A stretch of 64,000 nt of DNA from positions 71,052,001 through 71,116,000 of the forward strand of contig OX597823.1 of NCBI GenBank assembly GCA_951406725.2, in the 5' to 3' direction. A program made the position numbers and the translations under genes. Positions within the stretch are counted from its first letter, which is position 1; each line of letters opens with the position of its first letter. Shown here one piece after another: positions 44,331 through 58,230 of this stretch. The notes under the pieces were generated by a model that saw only the letters and a list, made by a program, of their open reading frames with translations, did not search any database and had not been told where the DNA came from. The DNA is from Octopus vulgaris. Its lineage: Eukaryota.

Positions 44331-45361
44331 TTTGTATCCTAACTTCAAATTAAATTGAAAATCGACTATTACTCTTAATCTATGTCTAGAAGGAATAATG
44401 AAATGTCACTTACCTCATCGTAGACATAAGAAATTATCATAACTATTATTCAGGAATTATATCTTAATTGGATACATCCACTGTGTCGTCGAACGCAGTT
44501 TTGTGCACTTTTTGTATATGAAGTTTGTATTTGTTTTGTATGGTTTACTGGATTGAAAGTACATAATATGCACGGAGTACCTGCACTATTTGTTGTTTGT
44601 TGTGCATATCTGTAAGTACTGCATGATTTTAGTTATTCTAATTTACATATTATTATAGAGATTGCACTTTTCCAGTCTGCTTTTTTGGGGTTTCCTTTAT
44701 TTCCCGATCTTTATATTTGAAGAATTTCTCCATAGAGGCACTTTCTTTCCTTGAAGGTCTCAACAACAATATCTGACAATTAATCTTCTTATCTGTCTAT
44801 ACGGTCGTTGTTGAATTCTCTGAGACATATGTTTGCGTATGTTTTCATCACCTCTTTTGGTATTTCATAATTTGGCAGGTCAAAGAATATCTCAACACTG
44901 CCATAACTTGTATCTTTTATCTTTTACTTATTTCAGTGATTAGACTGAGGACATGCTGGGGCAAAAAATAGTAGTACCTATAATTCAAAGCGCCAGCCTT
45001 GTTGCATTCTGTGTTGCGCAGAATCCCCTTGAGAACTATGATAAGGGACAGTGTTTGTGGAGTACTCAGCCACGTTAATTTCACGAACGTGCTGTTCCGT
45101 GGATGGGATCAGATGGAGCACTCGTCGCCGTAACCGAAAGAGTACCAGCTTATACATAGACTAAAAAACCATCTCTCATCTTTCTCATTCTCTCTCTCTC
45201 GCCCTTACTTCCTCACTGACTCCTTGTGTATATGTGTGTAAATGTATACATGTGCATACATACATACATACATACATACATACATACATACATACATACA
45301 TACATACATACATACACACACACACATATATATATATAATACCACGTCTTCAAATCTTTCG

Positions 45362-47295
45362 ATTATTATTATTATCTGATAAAACTCTCAGCTAAATTTG
45401 CAGGGTATGATGGAAAGTGTCAGCTGCCCACAGCCAACAGACTGAGGTGACACTTGTTTACTGGTCATACTTCAAGAACCTTGCAAAGAATTCTTTGTGG
45501 GTGTTCTACCTTTACATTTGTACCAAACCTTTTGAGCCATGTTGGTAGTTGAGTGCTGATACTTTCAACTGCGCCAATTCCTATTAGTATCACGTATACT
45601 CTCCTCATTGACCACAACCTTCGTATTTCCCACTTCAAATCGTCGTAGTAGTTCAGTTTTTATCACGCATATTCTTTCTTTTTTATTCACCGCAACAATG
45701 TTCGGTTTCTGATGTCTGGTCACCTGATCGCGCTAAATCATTGCATCTCATAGGATTTTGCAATTTGCATTCTCAGTGACTCCTTCTGGAGTTTTCTTAT
45801 ACGACGTCTTGCTCTTTGTAGGTCGTGATTTCCACAAAGTTCTCAATGTCATGTCGTCTTTGGTATTCGCGTTGTACAAGTTTCAGGCTTTCGCTAACGA
45901 TGTGCCATACCGTTTCACCGCTCTCACCACACATTCTGATTTTGTCGCTGTCGGTAGTGTTGTCGATTCTGCACTTCACATAGTTAGTCCTTAACGCTTG
46001 TTCTTGAGTTGCGCATATAAGTGCTTCTGTCTCTATCTTCAGATCACGCTCTCCTCATCCACAACCACCGGTCTGCTGTATCTGTCTTGACGTTCGAATC
46101 TCGCAAACTAACCGTAAATGTTTTCTCCTTCTATGCTGTTTCTTTCTTTGTGTTCTTCTTTAAGTTTTTTTTCCTTTATACACTTATCAGTTTTAATGAC
46201 GCCGGATTTCTTCACGTTTCAACAATGGTTCCACGGTATTCTTTACATACCACACTAAGCTGTTTTCGTCTGCTTCAATACAACCCTGGCAACTGATCAA
46301 AACCTTTTCTACACTTTCTTCTGGAGAAGAACAGCCTATCTTAGGCGGAAAGGCTCAATTCACTTTCGATATTTTTCTTGTCTTCGTATCCATATTCATC
46401 AGTTCTTTCTTTTGCTATTTTATGATTCCATCTCCATACCGAATTGATGCTATTGTCCATATATCAACTGCTTGGATTTTATTCCATTCGGTCAATTTTG
46501 AGCGCAACACCAATCTTACTCTCCGGAAATATTCCTTCCTCAGCTGTTCTTTCAGTTCCTTCTCCATTATTTCATTGAACGCTAGTATGCCAAGCTATTT
46601 GTAGTCTTCCTTTTCAATTTGTTCAATCAGTTCTCTATTAGGGAATTCTGTCCCTGCAAAGGACTCTATTTTGCCTATTTTCAGGTACCATTATAGTACA
46701 CTTCTTGAGTCCGAATTTCATTCTAATATCAGCACTAAAACAGAGGACCGTGTTCACCAAAGAACTCACCTGTGCTTCATCCTTGTCATACAGCTTCAAA
46801 TCATCCATGAACAGGAGGGGATTGATTCTTTTAAATTTTCTTTTTAGCTGATATCGCAGGTTCATTTTCATAAGAACCAAGTCCAGAGGGATCATACAGA
46901 GAACAAACACAACGGAGATAAGCTACCACCTTGGAAAATCCCTCTTCTGATGTCCAGGGTGCCCAAACTTTTTCTGTAGGATGTCAACTAAGTTTCCCCC
47001 CTCCCACCATTCTTCACTTCAGAAAACATGTTACCTTCCTCGCAGTTCTAAACAAATCTAAGCACTCGATGATTCACGAATGTAGAATCATATCATAAGC
47101 TTTCCGATAGCCAATCCAGGTCATTCCCAAATTTGTTCTCCTTCATTTACAATCTTGCGTAACCATTTTGTCTACTGGTCTTTGATACTTCTGCATCTCG
47201 TCCTACAACCTTTTTGTGCCGTCGTTAACGTATCGCTCTCCTCAAGAAATTTGTATAGTTCTTCTGCAATTCCCCTTGACAGTAACTTCCATATT
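45362..47295 (-). mobile_element. Degraded R4/Dong-like RLE LINE (RT to endonuclease)
   Basis: Minus strand GIFQG.SLS.LFVLCMIPL, LLFMDDLKLY, MKFGLKKC, RMCGESGETVWHIVSE, YQRRHD; ends at a (TAA)n tract. Confidence 0.88.
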
Positions 47296-47299
47296 AATG

Positions 47300-47505
47300 A
47301 AGGTGGCTAACTGGCAGAATCGTTAGTAAACCGGGCATAACGCTCAGCGGGACTTCGTCCGTCTTTACGTTCCGAGTAAAATTCCGCTGAGATCGACTTT
47401 AACTTTCGTCCTCTCAAGCTCGATAAAAGAAGTACCAGTTGAGTACTGGAGTCGATTTACCATTCCTCCTGAAATTACTGGTCTTGTACGAAATTTGAAA
47501 CCATT
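47300..47505 (+). mobile_element. SINE family 2, monomer
   Basis: aaggtggctaactggcagaatcgttag..atcgacttt..ttgaaacca. Confidence 0.78.
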
Positions 47506-47942
47506 GTTATTATCCTTCAAATAACAATAATCACGCCTCGCATAACTCTATTTGACTATGGTACTGCGTCTGCTCCAGACAAGTAACGATGAAAATAGTA
47601 TAAGTGAATTAAAGTAATCTGAACCAGAGGACGCATTTATCTGTGTGGAACTCTTTTATTTATGTCAATATTGACCTTCAGAAAGTCATTAGCGCTACGC
47701 AAGCTGTGCTTCTGTAATGTTTAATATCAAAGTGAGTAATGGATATTGTAGTAAGAATACGTGTTTCTTATCTGTTTGTATGTCGATCGAAATTGCTATC
47801 TCTTCATGGACATTCATCTATAATATGTATTTTAGAAATCCTTAACATCAGTGTTGCAATTTCAGTTCTATATTTAAGAAATGAGGAATTATGTACATTA
47901 TTTACATTCGATAGATATTTGTCCTCATCTCGTTTGTTGTTT

Positions 47943-47988
47943 ACACAACGTTTCGGCTGATATACCCTCCAGCCTTCTTCAAGTGTCT
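47943..47988 (-). ncRNA. Hammerhead motif with C3 mutated (TTGAAGA), same family as 26068
   Basis: agacac TTGAAGA aggctg..cagcc GAAA cg TT gtgt on the minus strand. Confidence 0.6.
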
Positions 47989-48042
47989 TGTGGAAATTTC
48001 GAACCTGGGTTCTCATTCCTAAGGTATTTTTTGATGTTGTTG

Positions 48043-48113
<71 letters not shown>

Positions 48114-48152
48114 GTTGTTGTTATTGTTGTTATTATTATTGTTATTGTTGTT

Positions 48153-48185
<33 letters not shown>

Positions 48186-48324
48186 ACTGTCCAGGTCACT
48201 GCATCGAATCGAACTCGGAATCCTGGGGTTAGTAGCCCGAGCTCTTAACCACTACGCCCGTGAGTATATGGCGTTGTGGTTAAAAATACCTTAGGAATGA
48301 GAACCCAGGTTCGAAATTTCCCCT

Positions 48325-48370
48325 AGACACTTGAAGAAGGCTGGAGGGTATATCAGCCGAAACGTTTTGT
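48325..48370 (+). ncRNA. Inverted duplicate of the mutated hammerhead motif
   Basis: agacac TTGAAGA aggctggagggtatatcagcc GAAA cgtt; shares the same core substitution as 47943-47988. Confidence 0.6.
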
Positions 48371-50987
48371 TAACAACGAACAAGATGAGGACAAATATCC
48401 GTCGAATGTAAATAATGTAAATAATGTAATAATGTAAATAAAGTATTGCAATTTGTTTTTAAGATTGAGATATTGACAAAAGAAAGCAATCCTTGAGTAG
48501 ATACATAGAATTAACTTGGATTTTAACAGTTTTAATTGAAATCGTATTTAGCTGGATTTATCTTCCATACTTTTCTTAAATTTCTGACGTATATTGTAGT
48601 TACATTACAAGAGCATGTATCAATATTCCGTTGCTTGGTTCCAGTTAAACTTCTCCTCTTTCAAAATAGATACAGGGCAACTGTGTGAAACATCAATTTT
48701 ATTGAACCTCTGCATCAGAATCATCCATAAATTTCTGTTATGCACACACACACACACATGCGGGTGTGTCTATGTATGTAAGTATGTGTGCATGCATGTT
48801 TATATTTCCCAAAATAAACGGTTGGGGTTGGCACTGATCCAAATGTTGTAATATCAGATTAATTCATTTTAAATATTTTCTTCTTCTTTCCTGGTTTCTC
48901 TTCTACATTCTTCATAGAATTGAAAAATACTATGTCAAGTCTCACAGATCAAGTAGGGGATCAATACTGTTGTCGGAATTCCGTTAGCTAAAGAAACATT
49001 TGGCTCACTGGAAAACATTTCTTGATCGATCTATTTATGTAGGTGCTTTAATTATAAGAATGGAGAAAATATCTTGTGTGAAATCACCGATTTCTAACAT
49101 TGGCACAAGGCCACACATTTATGGGTAACGCTACAATCGATTCATTCAATATTAATATTTGACTTATTTATTATTTTATTGACCCCGGAAGGATAGAAAG
49201 ATAATTTAATACTGGTGGGATTTAGTCTCAGTATATCAACGTAAGCAAGTAAATAGCACAAATCATGTTGCTCTCCATGCCAATAATTCGATCAATCTAC
49301 AACCCTTATTTTAATATCAACCTGAAAAGTAGTATTGCATGCAAGACTGACGTGGGTAAAATATTCTTGTACTCGTGACAAAACATAATATTCTCAGTAT
49401 TGCTGTAACATAATCAAAGTGTGCATCATTTTTTTTTCTTAATGTAGGAGAGAAAAATTGGCAAAAAAGTTTTTCATTGAAAACCTATTATATAATACAG
49501 CCAGTCAGATTAACGACAACTATGGTTATATGTGTTACGTCAGTTGCAGTTATAAGGATATCCAGGCAGCTTAATGTGCTATTAATGCATTATTTTCTTC
49601 GAATACATTGATCATCAACTACCCTTTTTTTACTATTCCTCGTTATATACCTAGTTAAATTTATTCCAGTTTACTTCAATTGCTTATTATTCTATGTAAG
49701 ACGTAATCATCACAGCTTTCCATCTACTCTTCTCACCTCTCTATACAAGCCAATGGACTTAGATTTATTATGTCGGATCTTCAGATTCTATTAGATCGAT
49801 TTATTTTTGTTTTAGTTACCGGATAGATTATTTTCTGCACCTCAACAATCCACCGAGGCACACTATCCTAGTTACATCCTTCTTTATGTTGCTTTACTTC
49901 AGAATAATTGCTAGTAAACTATTTTCATTATATGCCATGTTTTTATTCTAAATTTATTCTGTACTAAATTTCTACCCTATATACATCACTTCCTCTAAGC
50001 AATATTCCTTCCAAATAACACATCGATTTCATTTGCTGTGTTTGGAATATGTTTAATCAGCAAAATACGTCAATACATAATGTTAACCGAAAACACAAGT
50101 CTAGTCTTCAGCGCATATATCTTATTTGTAAAATATACTGTGATTCTAAAAATAAAATTCTGTATATACAGCGACCATATATTTCAAACTTTATTGCAAA
50201 ATACATACTTCTGTTTTACCTTTTTTTCTAAGTACTTCTACCATATTTTATATCTACTTCAAAATATCTAACTTTGATTAAACAAAATATTTATTGAAAT
50301 TGTACGTCATACATTTCTTGAGACGAAATAAAATTACAAAAACTTTTGAAGTTCTGTTTTTAAAAACGTGTACAAATTTTATAGAAACTTTTAACCATGC
50401 TTAACCATTGTGATTTTAATGAAACTGAACTATTTAAATAGTTAACTCTGATCTAATGAACCATTATTGGCATCAGCTCATGGGTGTACTTCGCTATATT
50501 CACCCAAGACACGTAACTTCGGAACAAGCATTCACCTCTGGAAGCATTGTATAAAGGATAAAGTGATGTGAAATTTCCTTTGGCAATGTTTACAACCCAA
50601 GAAACAAAAACTATCATCAAATATTATATAGAAGAGTTTATTGCTGGAACTGAAAACTTGAAATGTAGTATCTCACGTTTTGTTTATTTGAAACAACGTT
50701 CTTGAACTACAAACAAACGTGAGCGGTGAAAACTATTACACTAATATGAAACAAATAGGAAAATATATTTATTTAAAATTTCGATTTTTGTAATCCCTGA
50801 CTGTGAAATTAAATTTTGAATTAACACGAACTGTATTTTTTTTTTGTCTAAACTTAAATTTATATATTCTTCTTTCAGTATTTATGTTGAACTATTGATT
50901 ATATTCAATTTTCTTGCTTTCCACATGGCTGAGGCTTTTATCACACTTCTGCAATTATACTAGATCTCTTTTCTTTTAATATTTTAG

Positions 50988-51057
50988 TTGTTGGCTCCCA
51001 GTCCAGTTGTCGGCCTATGACGCGGTTCTATACACTCCTGTTATAACTATTTTATGC
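50988..51057 (+). CDS. Internal exon of the same GPCR; ECL2 CW motif and TM5 start
   Basis: Acceptor ttttcttttaatattttag, donor gtaagt; 70 bp, phase 2 to 0: (CA+T=H)CWLPVQLSAYDAVLYTPVITILC. The CW motif and TM5 proline are typical of class B GPCRs. Confidence 0.9.
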
Positions 51058-51265
51058 GTAAGTAACAAAATAATTGCTTACTTATTCTCTTTATATTTAT
51101 CCATTGATTTAACAAATGTCTCAAAGCGCTCAGGCATCAGATAGATGAACACATCTTACATATATCTATCTCTGCCTATCAATCTATTTGTGTATTTATA
51201 CATACAACAATATACACACACGCACACACACATGTATATGTATATATGTACGTATGTGTGTGTGA

Positions 51266-51312
<47 letters not shown>

Positions 51313-51499
51313 ACACAAACACACACACATATATATAAATGTGGGTGGCGTGTTAGCAAATTTATAGACGTCACTAAAGTGAGAGAGGGTACAAAGTGGT
51401 ACCAGCATTGCTAGAAATAAGAATCAAAATGACTCTTATTTCTACGGTTTTTCTTATAAGCCGACGAGGTGAGTTGAGCTTAACCCTAGGCGCAGTAAG

Positions 51500-51557
51500 A
51501 ACCACTGACGGGAATCGAGATACTATGCATCAGAATTAGAAATCACGTGATACGGTT
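51500..51557 (+). ncRNA. Degenerate hammerhead motif inside an inverted-repeat element
   Basis: aacca CTGACGG ... GAAA tcacgtga TA cggtt; palindrome ATCACGTGAT; stem I aacc/ggtt. Confidence 0.5.
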
Positions 51558-51695
51558 AAATATACCACCATAGGGAGATTGGTTTGCTTTGTCAATTTAC
51601 TAAGATAGCGCTTTTGTGGTTAATGAGTCGTTTTCACTCTTATTTCTAGCAATACTGGTACCATTTTGCACCCTCTGTTACTTTAGTGACGTATA

Positions 51696-51753
<58 letters not shown>

Positions 51754-52533
51754 TAGATAGATAGATAGATACATACATAGATAGACGGCACTAAAATGGC
51801 GGAGGAAGCAAGGTAAAGATATATATATATATATGTGTGTGTATACATACATACTTATAAATATATTTATGTATATACATATACATATGTATACATACAT
51901 ATGTGTATGTATATATATATATACATATATATATATATAGAGAAACACACACACACAAACACATACGCACGCACATTCATACACACACACATGCACCTAT
52001 ATTATCTATATATATACAAATGCATGTGTACATGTGTGTTTGTTCAAACTGAAATATCCATGTTCATACACGTATATGCTGCTGCATATAAACCATCTTA
52101 CGGAGGACACTGATAGACATAGATATGAGTAATTATAATAAAACACACACACATACATAAATGACAACAACTCCGCATATATGCATACACGAACCAATAA
52201 AGATATTGTAAATATGATCACAAAACATGCTATAAATAAGAAACATATTGTCCTCATATCACACCTAACCATCTGAGAAATTGGAGACATGCATTGTATA
52301 AAGTAGTTTGAAATATACCGTCTTTGAATGTAAAAGAAGTTATGATGGCTAAAAGGCGTTAGATAAGGGATCTACCGGATTAAGACCAAATGAAAGAGCA
52401 AAAGAAATAAAAAGCATTATGATAACAAACATCATGTATGTATATATTCATATATACATAAATGTATATATGTGTATAATTCTATGTAAGCATGTGTGTG
52501 CATGTCTGTTTATGCATATATGAATATATACAT

Positions 52534-52587
<54 letters not shown>

Positions 52588-52591
<4 letters not shown>

Positions 52592-54600
52592 GAAAGAATG
52601 GAGTTGAACGACGATTTAACAAAATTCCTTTATTCTCGACATATGTTTCGAAGGCTGCATATTCCTAATTCCGAAGGAATAAGGGGTGCATTATGCCGCC
52701 TTCTCATCAGGAAAAACAAGGAACTTATGTCAGCATCAAGACGAACAAAAACTCTTAGATGACTGCCCACACGGAGTCCATAGCGATAATGAGTGTTTCT
52801 TTAAAATATTCCGTTATAAGCAGTGACGTCAAACATGGTTGAATGTAGAAGATTCTAGAAAGTTCAAGAGTTCAAACAAGGTTGGGGGGGGAGAGATCTA
52901 AGAATAGGAAGGTGACAGGGTGCAAGTCATATGAATGGTGATGTGTTGTTGTTTGCTTTTGTGATTGAGTGCCTGTGTGTGTGTATGTATATAACTGCAT
53001 TCGTGTCTATGTGTGTGTATGTGTGTGCGTGATTGTGTGTGTGGTTGGGTATATGCCAAAAACAAACAGTGGTGAAGTGACAGGTTTGTGTCTGTGTGTT
53101 TGATTGTGCTTACGATAGAGAGAGGGAGAGAGAGAGAGAGGAGGGCGAGGTAGAGAGACAAAGGTAAAACATACCTCAACGAATTTGGTAGTAGTCCTTT
53201 ATGAGTATAAAAATTTGTCTATGGGGGTGTTGTATAAATGGAACCAAATTATTAAATTCAAGGAGGTTATCTATATTAATCATCATTCATATGAGTGAAA
53301 GGTGTGTTTCTGCCAGTGCATGCACCTATAGGATTTTTCAACCATTGTATTTACTAAAGGGAATTTGGCGAACAATATATGGAAAAGTTCGGAATTACAA
53401 ACGCCACAAAATGTTCTGCCCTTATCAAACGGAAAGGATACAGACAATATGGACCATTCCAGCTTGAAAGTTATATTTCTGTCCTTAAGACGCCAAACTA
53501 ATTTACTTAGTCCTGTGCTTTGTTGTTTTCTCTTATCTCGGAAAGTTGAATAATGATTGGAAATCCTCTGGGATAATTTAGAAGTAGTTGCCCCAATGTA
53601 GAAGAAGACATCGGTACCGGAAGAAATTTTACACTGGTAAAACCAATATTCTAAACCACATTCTAAACCAATATATGCTTCTCAGGATAAGAAAACTAAT
53701 AACAATAGAAATAATGTGAATAATGATTTCAGCTCTAACAACATCGACACCACTATATTTAAGAAAAATAATTTACAGACCAGGGGAGGCAATCGGCAAC
53801 CAACACCAATTTTCCAGCACAGAAATACTCCCTTTAATGTAAATGGTAACACTCTGAACAATTCTTAATCCACAAAAAACTATATCTGGTTTGTCATACC
53901 TTTCGGGAAACAAATCAAGTCAAACCTTTCTTTACAGTTCCGTGAAGCCGTAGCTAGGGAATTTTCCCAGGAATTCTAGGTATTACTCTACTATCAATTC
54001 GCATAAGGTTAGGATTGCATTCTCCAACACTAGAAATCTATCCCAGATCATTGCCTCCCATAATAACAAGCTGCTAAGTAAGGATTAATCACCCGGGAGT
54101 TACGACACTGCGCTTACCAATTCCAACCAAACATACAAAAATAATAATAATAGAAATAGTATTGATAATAGCAGCATTCATAGCAGCGTTGGCATTAACA
54201 ATAGTAATATTAATAATAATATTAGTCGGATTATTAACAGTGGTAGTGTTAGTGGTAGTAACGACAGCATTTCTAATAACAGTGGTAGTACTGATGATAA
54301 CAACCCCAACATTCCTATAGTCAGGGAAATTCCCGACGATAGTACAATTAATAGTAATGATAATAATAGGAATAGTATTGTGGTCAATGCTAGCAATAAT
54401 ATTAACATCAATCATAACAATAAAAACTCCGTCTTAGTCTCGGAGGTAAACCCTAACATATTAAAGTTCCTGTCCAGCAATTCCAAAATTAGAAATTCGA
54501 TTTACCAGTGTAAAATTTCTTCCGGTACCGTTGTCTTCTTCTACATTGGGGCAACTACTTCTAAATTATCCCAGAGGATTTCCAATCATTATTCAACTTA
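52588..54600. mobile_element. Penelope-like element, same family as 4686-5763, with inverted 5' part
   Basis: Minus-strand GIY-YIG remnant about 53170-53641 plus HHR tail to (TA)n; plus-strand WFVIPF..STINSHKVRIAFSN..IYQCK..FYIGAT; 53544-53641 and 54501-54599 are inverted near-identical copies. Confidence 0.85.
52625..52723 (-). ncRNA. Minimal type I hammerhead ribozyme with intact core, in a PLE terminal repeat
   Basis: Minus strand ttccttgtttttc CTGATGA gaaggc...gccttc GAAA catatg TC gagaataaaggaa: long stem I, 6-bp stem II, palindromic stem III region, GUC cleavage triplet. Confidence 0.85.
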
Positions 54601-54881
54601 AAAAGCACTCGAAACATCAAGTATGAGTTACATGTATCATTATATAAAACAATTTGATCTGGCTCCATGTAGCCTAAAGTTTCGCGGGCCTTTCACAGAA
54701 ACCCGTCTCTTTCAGGCTTAGATTACATAATCTAAGCCTGAAAGAGACGAGTGTCTGCTAGAAGGTCGTGAAACAAGTCGCAACGAACCGAATCAAAGTG
54801 TTGCATAACATATTTTGAATACCTAACATTTTAGGATAATCCCTTATGACACACACACACACACAGACACACACACACACA

Positions 54882-54917
<36 letters not shown>

Positions 54918-55160
54918 GGGATTAATCCCAAATATGTTATTCAACAGTTAATATATAATTCCAGTAATATTCTTATAAGATAAAAATTTTGAGATATATT
55001 CCGTTGAAATACGTATTGGTCTATGCTAAGCATTATGTATATATGTTAAAAGAATCAAAAGTAATGCTATACAATTTCGTAATAATTCTTATTATCATTA
55101 ATGTTGATGTGTATATATACACACACTCTCTCACTCTCCCTCTTCCTGTCTCACACACAA

Positions 55161-55230
<70 letters not shown>

Positions 55231-55464
55231 TTAAAGTAGGATAAATTTTTTTCGAAAAAAATTTTTATCAATGGCCAGCATATTAAAAAATACCTTTTTA
55301 ATTTCTAATGCCAAATATGCCGAAAATTGGACATTAATGGTTATATGGTTATGGACAATATGTCCAATTTTCGGCATATTTGGCATTAGAAATTTTTTCG
55401 TTTGCCCTTATTTATAAGTTGTTTATATGCATATATATATATAAATATATATATAAATATATAT

Positions 55465-55550
<86 letters not shown>

Positions 55551-55742
55551 GTGAATATATAACTGTGAGATCCAAGGATCTCACATTCTGTCACATTTTG
55601 ACACGTACTTCCATACGAGACTGTAAACTTCATTTAATCAAGATACCTTTGGCTTGAAGAGTAGCTGGCGGTATAAACCTCGCTTGGATATTTGCCACTT
55701 TCAAGGTTCCACTCGCTATGAAACGTATGTAACCCGCGTGTA

Positions 55743-55780
<38 letters not shown>

Positions 55781-56624
55781 TGTGTGTGTGTGTGCGTTTA
55801 CACCTTTCTATAATAAATACAAGGCCTGAAATTTTGGGGGAAGGAGCTTGGCCAATACATCGATCTGAGTACTCGACTTGAATTGACACTCCCATAAATG
55901 TATGCATGCATACATCTATGGGAGAACGTAGAACATCAATGCAGAACTAATTAGGGACATATATCTCTGGTATCCACAGAATATATTTGTTTTTTGTTTG
56001 CACCTGTTATCATAGGTATACTTGGTTACAGACGGAAGATGATAAAACACAAACACTAGAAATACTAGAATTTTCTAAAAAAATGAACCAAGTACACAAA
56101 TTCGCATTATCTAAATACAATCGATTAGAAGTATAGTGAAAAATTGTAAACATTCTACAGCTGAACCTGTAGCACACACACTTGTGTACTGAAGTGACAT
56201 GAAAACCCACTAAAGGTGTGTAATATATCCACACACACACACATATATGCATACACCAATCAATTCTGATAACTACAAACAGCAGGAGCTGTCTTGAACA
56301 ACAACAAAAAAAATTATCACTTTGTTAGCGACTCACTTGAAATCTATATAGAACTTGGCGTGAATCCGAAAGAAATACTAAGATATATGGTTGTGTAAGT
56401 AGTCATATAAAATATAATTTAGAAATGTATTCATGTATTTGACGCAACATGTTGAATGAAAACATTGATGCTTTAAAATTGTAAGTTAATCGGTAAAATA
56501 TAAACTATGAAAAGTATACTAGACTGAAGTAAATATCGGGATCGCCTGGACTGACTGAAAACCCCTGGAAGTAAAGCCGAGTCAGAGACACAGACTAATG
56601 AATGAAACTAGTAAAAAAATAATA

Positions 56625-56960
56625 TTTATTTCTTTATTGCCCACAAGGGGCTAAGCACAGAGGGGACAAAGATAAAGTCGACCTCGGCGAAATTTAAAAT
56701 CAGAACGTAACAACCGACGAAATACCTATTTCTTTACTACCCACAAGGGGCTAAACACAGAGAGGACAAACAAGGACAGACAAACGGATTAAGTTGATTA
56801 TACCGAACCCAGTACGAAACTGGTACTTATTTTATCGACCCCGAAAGGATGAAAGGCAAAGTCGACCTCGGCGGAATTTGAACTCAGAACGTAACGGCAG
56901 ACGAAATACGGCTACGCATTTCGCCCGGTGTGCTAACAATTCTGCCAGCTCGCCGCCTTA
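56625..56960 (-). mobile_element. SINE family 2, 3'-truncated multi-unit form
   Basis: Head ctgccagctcgccgcctt at about 56942-56959; repeated ccacaaggggctaa units. Confidence 0.85.
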
Positions 56961-57831
56961 GAACAAAAATATTATGTATGAATAAGTTTGCGCGAGCTTG
57001 CATATGTATGCGTGCGTGGATGGAAGAACGAATGGTCTTTCTTCAAAGTTATTTTTTTCCTTCGGAGAATTGAAACCGATCACAAAGTGAGGTGGTGCTT
57101 GTCAAAATAGAAAATAAGAATGAACGGGTGTGTGTGTGCATACATGTATGGTCGTGTGTGCATACATAATGTACGTATTAATTAAGTACACAAGTGCATA
57201 TGATATTAATGTTAATGTGTCTGAGTGTTTACATGCTTACCTTATGCACATACGATTGTGTACATGTGTTTATTCTAGTAGAAATTGAGTGGAGAATCGC
57301 AAAAGTGTTTTAGAAAATTTTACTCTACCATTAATCGACTGCATTAGGAGGATGCAAATCTATAGCCTAGTATCTAGACATGTATGTTCTTCACAATTTC
57401 ACCATAAATATTCGCTTTCTCTCCAGTTATTCACATCCACTGAACAGCAGAACTCTTCATCAACACACGATTTTCATTCTCTGTCCCACATCAGGTCTAT
57501 AGTATTTGCATCAGGTCGCTATTCTTAAAGGTATGGTACATTCGGGTTCTGGTGTGTCTTTGGTATGGCCATCGGAGCAACCCTTCCTACGTATTGTAAA
57601 TGGTTCTTGCCACGACGTTGTTTCATGAGTAAGTTATACTTTGTGGCTTATATACATAAGCTATATTTGGTCAGCTGATCGGACACAGTCGACATTTTCC
57701 ATTGCAAACGAGTTTAGATTCGTCCTTATCTCTCATGATGATCAGGTACTGCGGCGTAATCTCTTACTCCTAAACGGCATCTATTATAATTGAAGGAATG
57801 CCTACTTTATGTCTCACAAGTGTTGGTACGT

Positions 57832-58230
57832 AAGGCGGCCAGCTGGTAGAATCGTTAGCACGCCGGGCGAAATGCTTAGCGGTATTTCGTCTGCCGTTAC
57901 GTTCTGAGTTCAAATTCTGCCGAGGTCGACTTTGCCTTTCATCCTTTCGGGGTCGATAAATTAAGTACCAGTTACGCACTGGGGTCGATATAATCGACTT
58001 ACTCCGTTTGTCTATCCTCGTTTGTCTCCTCTGGGTTTAGCCCCTTGTGGGTAGTAAAGAAATAGGTATTTCATCTGTCTGTACGTTCTGAGTTCAAATT
58101 CTGCCGCGGTCGACTTTGCCTTTCATCCTTTCGGGGTCGATAAATTAAGTTTCAGTTGCGTACTGGGGTCGATCTAATCGACTGGACCCCTCCCCCAAAA
58201 TTTCGGGCCTTGTGCCTAGAGTAGAAAATA
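57832..58230 (+). mobile_element. SINE family 2, two-unit form
   Basis: aaggcggccagctggtagaatcgttagcacgccgggcgaaatgc head; duplicated B-box/central unit; gccttgtgcctag tail. Confidence 0.9.

Larger units (their letters stand above)
47863..48441 (-). mobile_element. Second copy of the tRNA-headed HHR element
   Basis: Head 48194-48258, (AAC/AAT)n, HHR, tail; inverted duplicate about 48270-48430; TSD agt(g/a)ttgcaattt at 47850-47862 and 48442-48454. Confidence 0.82.

Noticed and set aside
48194-48258. tRNA-like sequence with an apparent ACT anticodon (also 26289-26349)
   Set aside because: Imperfect stems and embedded in a repeated element with TSDs; treated as a SINE head, not a tRNA gene.
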